In this document: piece after piece, positions 55,885 to 64,000 of the stretch
Numbering within the stretch: position 1 is the first letter of the stretch
Layout of the letters: each line of letters opens with the position of its first letter
Source: Nitrosopumilaceae archaeon
GTDB taxonomy: Archaea; Thermoproteota; Nitrososphaeria; Nitrososphaerales; Nitrosopumilaceae
Reading direction: 5' to 3'
Assembly: GCA_965207375.1 (NCBI GenBank)
Contig: CBDBMG010000002.1
Span: 416,001 to 480,000 of the forward strand
Length of the DNA: 64,000 bases
The notes under the pieces: model-generated
Seen by the model: only the letters and a program-made list of their open reading frames with translations
Databases searched by the model: none
Told to the model about the DNA's origin: nothing
Position numbers and translations under genes: made by a program

Positions 55885-58758
55885 TTATCCTCTGTCTTTC
55901 TTCCTGAATTTACATCTAAAAATGAATATTTGTATAACATAACACATCAATAACAAGTAGCATTTACAGTACATTGTGATATCAAAAGTGTTAGATACTA
56001 TTATAATGATAATTATAATAAATCCAATTACCACAACTGCTACAATAATTGTAATTATTATTATTGTTAATGAACTGCCACCAGACCCAGTGTTTTCATC
56101 AGATTGGTCAACATCTAAAAACATAGGTTGTAGTTACAGTAAGTTTCTAGCTATAGCTACATAGTAGCTACCATTTTAAATCTATATATATATATGTACA
56201 TACAATATATAGCTATATATAGAGTCTACACAAATTAAAATGATTTGAAAGACAGTCAAGTAAAAACATGCCTACAGTCATTAGCTAGTAATCTTGTTAG
56301 AGTATTTTGCAAAATGAAAGCACTTAGCTATATAGCTAGCTATTTGCAAGATAATATAAAAACCAAAGATCAATAAAATTAATAGCTTTTGCTAGCACAG
56401 AATTCAAAGTTTGGTTAAAGAGAAGTGTGATTGCAATACTGAAAGTTATGGTAGAGTTAAGTAGTAGATGCAACTACTATGATGCAGAGAATCTTGTGAT
56501 TCTGCCTTCTGCATGATTTACACTAAAGGCAATACAGCTTATAAAGTAATATTTATACGTATATACAGAGAGTATTGTCCAACACCAAAAAGTTAGTTGT
56601 GCTTTTACAAACTATAGCTACTATTTATAAGAACCTAGCTAGGTAGATGCATTTTTGCAAAGTGACCAATTTTTGCTTACTATAGAGAATAATTAGCTAC
56701 ATATTATGTAGTTAAGCTGCTTACTGGGTGATGTCATATTTGCCGTATCTGGCATACCAATGGTTCTGTTATATATAATAACTGTTGCATTACTTCTTTG
56801 TTCTTTAATGTCAACAACTGTAATATTTATTGTATATGTAATTTTTGTGTCGTTATCCAGATGATCAAATAAAAGAGTGGTTTTGTCAGTTTTTTCTGAT
56901 AGCACTTCAACTTCACCAGAATAAACTCGTACATCATAGTGTTTAATTGCAAACATAGAGCAATTGTTGATTTCTGGTGGCTGTAAATGTACATAAACCA
57001 TCATACACAGTACATACAGATACATAATCTGTAAAAAATATTTTTTGCAGCTAACATATGTAGGTACACAAATTTCCGTCAGTCATGTACATACCTTCCA
57101 CATTACTTGGACTGTATCATTACTTATTTCTTCAATTTCAATACTATTAACATTAATAGAATTAGGAGCTACAAAGAAAAATAGCATCCACAACTCACAA
57201 TTATGTACATAGCTAAGGTATAGATAGCTACAGCAAAATAATAGCTAATAATTAGTCTATATAGCAATAACAGCTTAATAACTACGTAGCTATAATTATT
57301 ATAATGATTAATGTACATACGTAGCAGACTGAAAAAACTTACGCTTTGATAAGTAAGTCCTCACAGATTTGTTAAGTATTCTATAACTACCATTGTGTAA
57401 TGATGTAACTGTAATATCATAAACTGTATCATTCTGCAGTCCATCAATGGTGTATTTAGAGCCACCGTCCATGTCTGGATGTATGACATTGCCTGATATT
57501 GTAACATTACGTGACACATCTCCACATGTTGGATGACTGTGAATATTCAGTGATATGATAATTGATGTAGTGCAAATTTCTTCCTCATTAATAATAACAG
57601 ACAATGGATCTGTTAATGATACGTACGTATAGTTTATTATATTTATTGCCTGTACTATTGCCTTACCCACTACTGTCATTATTCCTACACTGCTTATTAC
57701 TGAACCACCTACTCTTGGGAATATACACTGATATGATGACTGATTGTGTGTCATATTTACTGGACCAACTAATAATTTACTATTAGTACCATTGTTGTCT
57801 CCACTGGTTATATCAGGCAACCATTGTAGACCATTTATGAGTCCATTAAAGATGTCGTCTCTATCAACAGTATCATTACTAATGATACTACCATCAGCAC
57901 TTCTAAAGACTATCCTCCAGTTTGGTATTGCAAGAGTAGGATCAGTTCCATTGAATCCACAGTAACATTCTGCCATAACATTGATACATACAGTTGTATC
58001 CTGTGGTCCATTGGTAATTTTGAAGCCTACGTATGTAAAATACTATTAAACTATCAATAGCTATGTGAGCGTGAAAACTGTAGTATACCATATATGACAA
58101 AATAGTCAAGGTGGAAAACTTTCGCAGATTTTGCGTTTTTTGCTCAATTGCGAAAGTTTTCCTGTCGAATCTTTCACTAGACTATGCAGTATGCATTCAT
58201 TAGCTATTACAAGAAGCTTCTACTGCGAAAGTTTTCACGTTGAATGTCCATTTTTGTTCTAATTGTGAAAGTTTTCCCCCTCAAATGTTTTGTTGTATAT
58301 GGTAGCTACTCCATCAGTCATGAAATTATACACACATGTACATATTAGTAGGCATGTATCAAATTACATATAATTATTAAAAGAATGTCTAACCTACGTA
58401 TATCATCTTATGAATATTAAAGCTTTCCAAACAACAATTATGAACTAACTAGCCATAGTTGGGGTAACTACTGTATGGCACAAAATTTTGATGGGGAAAT
58501 ACTGATGGATTTGATGAATTTCTAGCAACTCAAAAAATTACCATCAAAAATTTTTCTTTAGCAGCTGTTTGTATATCAGGCTGATCTAAGTCATCAAAAT
58601 TTATTTGTCAAACTTTTTCACCATCAAAATTTTGTGCTATGTTACATATATGGTTCATAAATAATATGGCACATTTAGCTTTGCTTACTTTGTGTACTTT
58701 GTGACAAATCACTGACAAGTAGTATCATAAAAGAAATAAAATTAGTAAAATCTTTCAT
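55885..58758 (-). CDS. Multi-exon type I membrane protein: signal peptide, Ig-like domain, FN3-like repeats, TM helix; cytoplasmic exons uncertain, possibly extending to ~53580
   Basis: Signal exon MKDFTNFISFMILLVSDLSQ (58758-~58690); Ig exon FKITNGPQDTTVC..C..W...YQC...SSVGIMTVV; FN3-like YTIDGLQNDTVYDITVTS and LDNDTKITYTINITVVD; poly-Ile/Val TM at ~55995-56070; GT-AG borders. Confidence 0.75.
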
Positions 58759-58894
58759 ATTCTATGCATTGTATGCAATTTTGTCAGTAGCTGCAGTTTT
58801 CAGTCTTGTAGGATATCAAGTTTACTTCACAGGCCAATGGTGATTTACCTAGGCTAGATAATTATGCATTAACTGTAGGTAGCTAGGTACTTGG

Positions 58895-59664
58895 CAGGGG
58901 CGTAGGAGCAAAATTGGAAGTGGTAAGGCAAAATTTTACCTTCTTAGCAAGTTTTGTGATCATAACTGGAGCTTCTGTGTACTACAGTTGCCAAAGGCAA
59001 CTTAGCTGCTCATGCTAGGGGGGTCTGGGGGCATGCCCCCTCAGGAAATTTTTAATTTTTGTCATCTGAGATGGCATTCTAGGCCATTTTGGGCAAAGTT
59101 AGCTACTAACATTGATCCAGCTATACACGTAGCTATGCATAACTACTCTTAACTGTATAATTTGCTATGTTTTTAAAACAATTTCATTAAGAGAACACTA
59201 GTGTTTTCTTTGGTTTCTTTAGTGCAGGCAGGACGTGTCGTTTGATCAGTCTTCTTGCTATGGAAAAATTAAAAGTAATTAGCTAATTGGCTTTTCTCCA
59301 ATGGAATAAACCACTCCTGACCACAGTTCCAGGTGCATCGATCAACATCGTCAGTTTAACACATCCGTAATGGTGGCGATCAATTGACAGTATGTGAACG
59401 GTAAACCCATATCTTTTTCCATACCTTTCAATAGCATTAAACACTAAAGGTAACTGCGTTTTCTTGGCCTACCTCGTGTTGCCTAGTGTGCATGACGATA
59501 GCGCTTGAGTCTCGTTTATTAATAATAAACAAACATTCCGCTATACTAATAACATGGTTTCCGATTATTTCTCGGATTATTTTCACCTTAACTGATTTAC
59601 TTTTGAAGAGACAAAAAGTGGTAAGGCTCTTGCCTCTCTTGTCGCACCGTCTCCTACGCCCTTG
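58895..59664. mobile_element. hAT-like MITE with 5-bp TSD
   Basis: TIR CAGGGGCGTAGGAG / CTCCTACGCCCTTG; CTTGG on both flanks; ends resemble the 32179-34833 element. Confidence 0.8.
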
Positions 59665-62600
59665 CTTGGTATACCCTATAACTATATGTATATATATACT
59701 AGTATTAGAGCTGTGTATAACAATGATCAGCATTTATAATATGTAGCTATATAGATAAGTACGTAACTACGTATGTGTATTTAGTTTTAGACTATTATTA
59801 GCTAGTTGCATGGTCACTAAAATCCATATGCATGTACGTATGTGAATCATATACGTAACAAAACAATGATCATAATAGCAATTTTATATGGTGATCAAAT
59901 ATTAAGCATATACAAGCAGGTGATCAACACATTATGCCTATGACTAACACTGACCTTAGTGGAAACATAGTTACATAGCTACAGTCACATATTACAACAC
60001 ATATACATAACTAACTACAAACTATAAAAATGCCATGGTAGTCAATTACATAATCAGATCATCCAACCACATACATAATAATATATTTTACAGAAACATA
60101 AACTTTATGTTGCTGTTCTGTAACTTTGGCAATGTACATAGTTACGTAGCTACGTATGTATGTATGTAGCATAAGTTACGAATTAACCGGACAAAAAAGC
60201 AACCTAAATTTTTTGCTGCTTAAAATACCTTATAGAACGCACAGTAGGCTCAATACGACAAGTAGGTTGTGTCGGATAATGCAGTGACGTATTATTCCCG
60301 CAAAACAAATCAATGATGTAATAATCGCAACCTCAAATATTTTGCACAAAATTAATTATCAAAAGTCGCATCAATTATTATTTTGCCACAGGCTATAATA
60401 ATTATATCAATTATCAGTCGAGATAGCCACAATACATCAATTATCGTTTCAAAAAAAAACAAGTTTAGTGCGCTTCGCTGTACTCACATATTAGTTTTAT
60501 ATCTTTCCTACCTGAGGCGATTGTTCACAATCCTGTTTTTGCTCTCCTTTTAAACAAAGGATGGCGATACGCATGCATAGGCGCACTCGTGGTCATCACA
60601 TAATGGTGCCAGAAACCAGCCAAATAATAAACTTTTGAGTCTGTTTCTTTTATAACACATTTTAATACCAGTATAACATTTTTCTATGGGCCAGTTTTCT
60701 TCAGGTGGGTAAAAAGACTCAAGCCCGTTTCTTTTATAACACGTTTTTATATTCATTAACAAACTTACCCATCGTTGTAACTCTCTTCTATTAGCAAGTA
60801 TTTAACTTTGTGGAAGATTTCATGCAAACAAATGTGTTTACTTGAATATGCACCGTTTATGCTTGATTGATAATTGGTTGTGCGAGTCGATATCTGAAAA
60901 TTGGCTAATACTTGCTATACTGATGTGGACATATAGCTAGCTAGCTAGCTAGAAAATAAAATATGTATGCCTGTATTTAGCTACATAGATAAACCATTAC
61001 AGGTGCATAATAATTAGATGAATGATTGTAAGGCTTACGCTACTTAACCAACAGAACTGCAACAAGGTTGTTGGTTAAGGCTGTTGGCTAACAAGGCTGT
61101 TGGCTGTTGGTTAACCTACTCTGCCTGCTGTAAACTCTGTGGTCACCCTATTCCTATAGTTATATTCCTGTATTAAGCCTTATCATTACTAAAATCACAT
61201 GTCTTAAATATCTAATCCATACAAGGCAATATTATTTTTTGAAATGTAGCTACGTAGCTACCTGCCTGGTTAAATAAATATAAAGTGTACTTATAGCTAG
61301 CTATATATATACCTAATGATCTAATTTCTGGCTAGCTATATGGCTAGCTAGCTATATATATCTAGCTGCTTATACAAGGTTAATAGCTACTTATGTTACC
61401 ATGTTTGTATATTGATACATACGTACTAAATTCATTGATTTACCATTAATGTAATGGTTACAGGATATGTAAAAGTACATAGCTACCTAAGAAAATCATT
61501 TATAAAAATAGTAGCTAGCTATATAGTATACATAATTCAAGAATTGAGTTAGATATTGCTAAATACATAAGATAAACTAGTCATGTTGTACAAATATAAT
61601 ACTACACGTAGCTAGCTAGCTACGGTGCAAATAGGCCACAAGTTAAACGTGTGTTGCGTGTACCACGCATGTGCTTGCATATGCGTGTACACATGTCTTT
61701 GCATGTTACATAGACACTCATGCAGCTGCGTGTTGTACCACTCAATCACATGTAAGTGCTTCTGTTACACAAGTGTACATCAATCAATCAGATGCCGTTC
61801 ACTTCGCCGATACTAAGTATACTGGCTAGATAAACAGCATGTGATTGCAAGTACGCATACTGGTAGCTTCGTACGTATCTAACAGCAAGGGTTATTACTC
61901 ACCAGAATAGATAGCTAGCCTTATATACACTCCATGATCGAATGCTTCACTATCTTCAAGTCTCTCTGTCCAAATCACCAAAGGATAAGATTACATTATG
62001 TAGAATATGGTGCATGCGCCAACTCTCACAAGCTGTGCAAACTTCAATACATTGTGATAATAGATACTGGCCGATAATTTGGTACGTAGTTTATAATATC
62101 AAATACGTATATAGCCATTTACTTTCTAAAAATTATTGTCAGGTAGCTATGCCATATTCTTTTAAATTTTAGTTATAGGCGCATCCTTGTTATAGGTGCA
62201 TCCTTGTTTTTAAGAAGCGCACACTAATGTTGTGCGCAGTGCATTGTTATATAAAAGAAGACACGTATGGACATTATATTCCCGGATGAAGCACTAGTGG
62301 ATAATCCAGAGGTTATGGGAATGAGCTAAATATAAATGTTTATTGGTGCCAGCTGACGTCATGAACTACCCGCTCCCACTTAGACAGCATCATTTTTAGA
62401 ACTTTAAATATCATACGTAACTCTCTTACCATTCCATGTAATGTTGTATATTATAGTTGACAAATTATCCAGCTACATTTTAATATAAAGCAATCAAAAA
62501 TTGGTAGAACTTCAGGATTTTACAGCTGTTTGTGTGAAGCTGTGTAACATGGAGGCTTTTCGCAGAGCCACTCACAATTATATTAAGCACAGGGAAAAGG

Positions 62601-64000
62601 ATCCTTGTTTCATTATTTTGCAACAGATTAAATTCTACTTATCAAAAATCTATTCTATGTACGTACATTGTTATCTTGAAGCTTGATATTGGTGTGTTGA
62701 ACATTACATATTTTATATATATAGCTACCACTTAGCTAGCTAATCAAGAAATTTTAACATTACATTTCCCTGTATTCAGATGTGTAAATTGCATAAGGAA
62801 GCGGATATTTTAAGCATGATCTCTCTACGTATTAAACCAATTTTACATATATACATACAAACATAGTTATATAGCTATATGGAAGATATGTGAGTATATT
62901 TGAGTAATATAAAGTCCTAAGTATGTGTTAGCTAAATATGTATTCAATTATTTTAAGCTGAAAGTCTATCTAAAATAAGAACAAGGTTTAGTTGCCACAT
63001 TAGGAACTACTTGGCAATGCATAGCTTGAGCTTCAGGAGAATACTTAATCAAGAAGGCCTTGAACTATTAATCTCATGATAAGGTACTGCTCAATAAGGT
63101 TGATAGTCATAGAGGTACATACGTAGTTACATACGTATGTATTTAGACCCTTTACCATTATTGTACTAGCTAATAGCTAACTATACTATCAATTGCTTAA
63201 AACAATTACGTATACCAGTAGTTACTTTTTGCCTACCATTTTGTATTAAAGTTGATCATTATAATAATTGTATTATCAATATTCAAGATGTCAGTGTAAG
63301 AATAAGCTAGAGAAGAAAACTGCAAAGAATCAAAAATCAGAATTAATTTTACTGATAAACTTTTACTAACATTTTAACTTCCTTCACATCAAACTTTGAA
63401 ACAAATGGCATTGAGATGTTTGGTATTCCCAACTCCTTCATGAAATACCAGAATACCATGCCACGATATCATTACCGCAATGTTCTATGTAATAGTTAAA
63501 GAGTTACCAGAAGTACTAGCTATATGTGAAATAAACCATGAGGCGTGCAGCCGAGATGCTAATAAAGTACGAGGCAAAGTTGGGTACTTTATTAACATTG
63601 AGGCCAAGAGCCAAGTGGTTTACTTTATGTGTAGCACTCACGGCAGTGCTTTAACTGTTTTAAGGAATTGTTTATAGAGTTTATTAAATGCCTGAACTTA
63701 ATATACTCTCTGATTCATTCATACTTATGGTGACAACTCCAGTAGGCTTAATTGGTATTATGTCACTTATACACCAGTGCTTTTGATGAGACTTGCAGCT
63801 ACGTATGTAGACTAAGTGCTTGTTTTCTCTTGTCTATGTTTATATTAATATGCTTAAGACTGCTGGTTTGCATGTAACGACAAAAAAGGATAACAAAATG
63901 CCAGTCACATTGCATTGTTTACAGCCTTTGTAAAATCTCTGGTATGTTAGCACCTTCCAGCTGGGGTATGTTAACACAACTGTAATAGACTTTTCCTTTG

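Noticed and set aside
60183-64000. Possible TTAA-CC transposon end at ~60185 and short ORFs up to the window end
   Set aside because: No matching second terminus or recognisable protein motif found.

Overview
Eukaryotic, AT-rich, intron-containing DNA that is mostly nested transposable elements. The short GT-AG introns and TAGCTA-rich spacers look like a non-bilaterian animal such as a demosponge, but the taxon is an inference. From left to right: (1) a decayed Ngaro-type tyrosine-recombinase retrotransposon (1-8851, minus strand) interrupted by three DNA-transposon insertions or footprints; (2) a ~20.2 kb element (9052-29217) with long, near-identical terminal inverted repeats that run into mirrored satellite arrays. 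It carries two head-to-head spliced genes: a Kyakuja-type KDZ (CxC5-CxC6-DDE) transposase, and a P-loop AAA+/SF3-like ATPase ending in a PHD finger whose Walker A motif is split by an intron and so is invisible in the ORF track. This is the most novel-looking feature. (3) several Helitron-like non-autonomous elements with a covarying 5' hairpin and a giant 3' palindrome; (4) an apparently intact hAT transposon; (5) a Gypsy LTR element with identical LTRs; (6) many MITEs, a large GT microsatellite and one Ig/FN3 single-pass membrane protein gene. A recurrent TA>TAGCTA 4-bp insertion disables several reading frames. All calls come from manual reading and translation; no database search was run.
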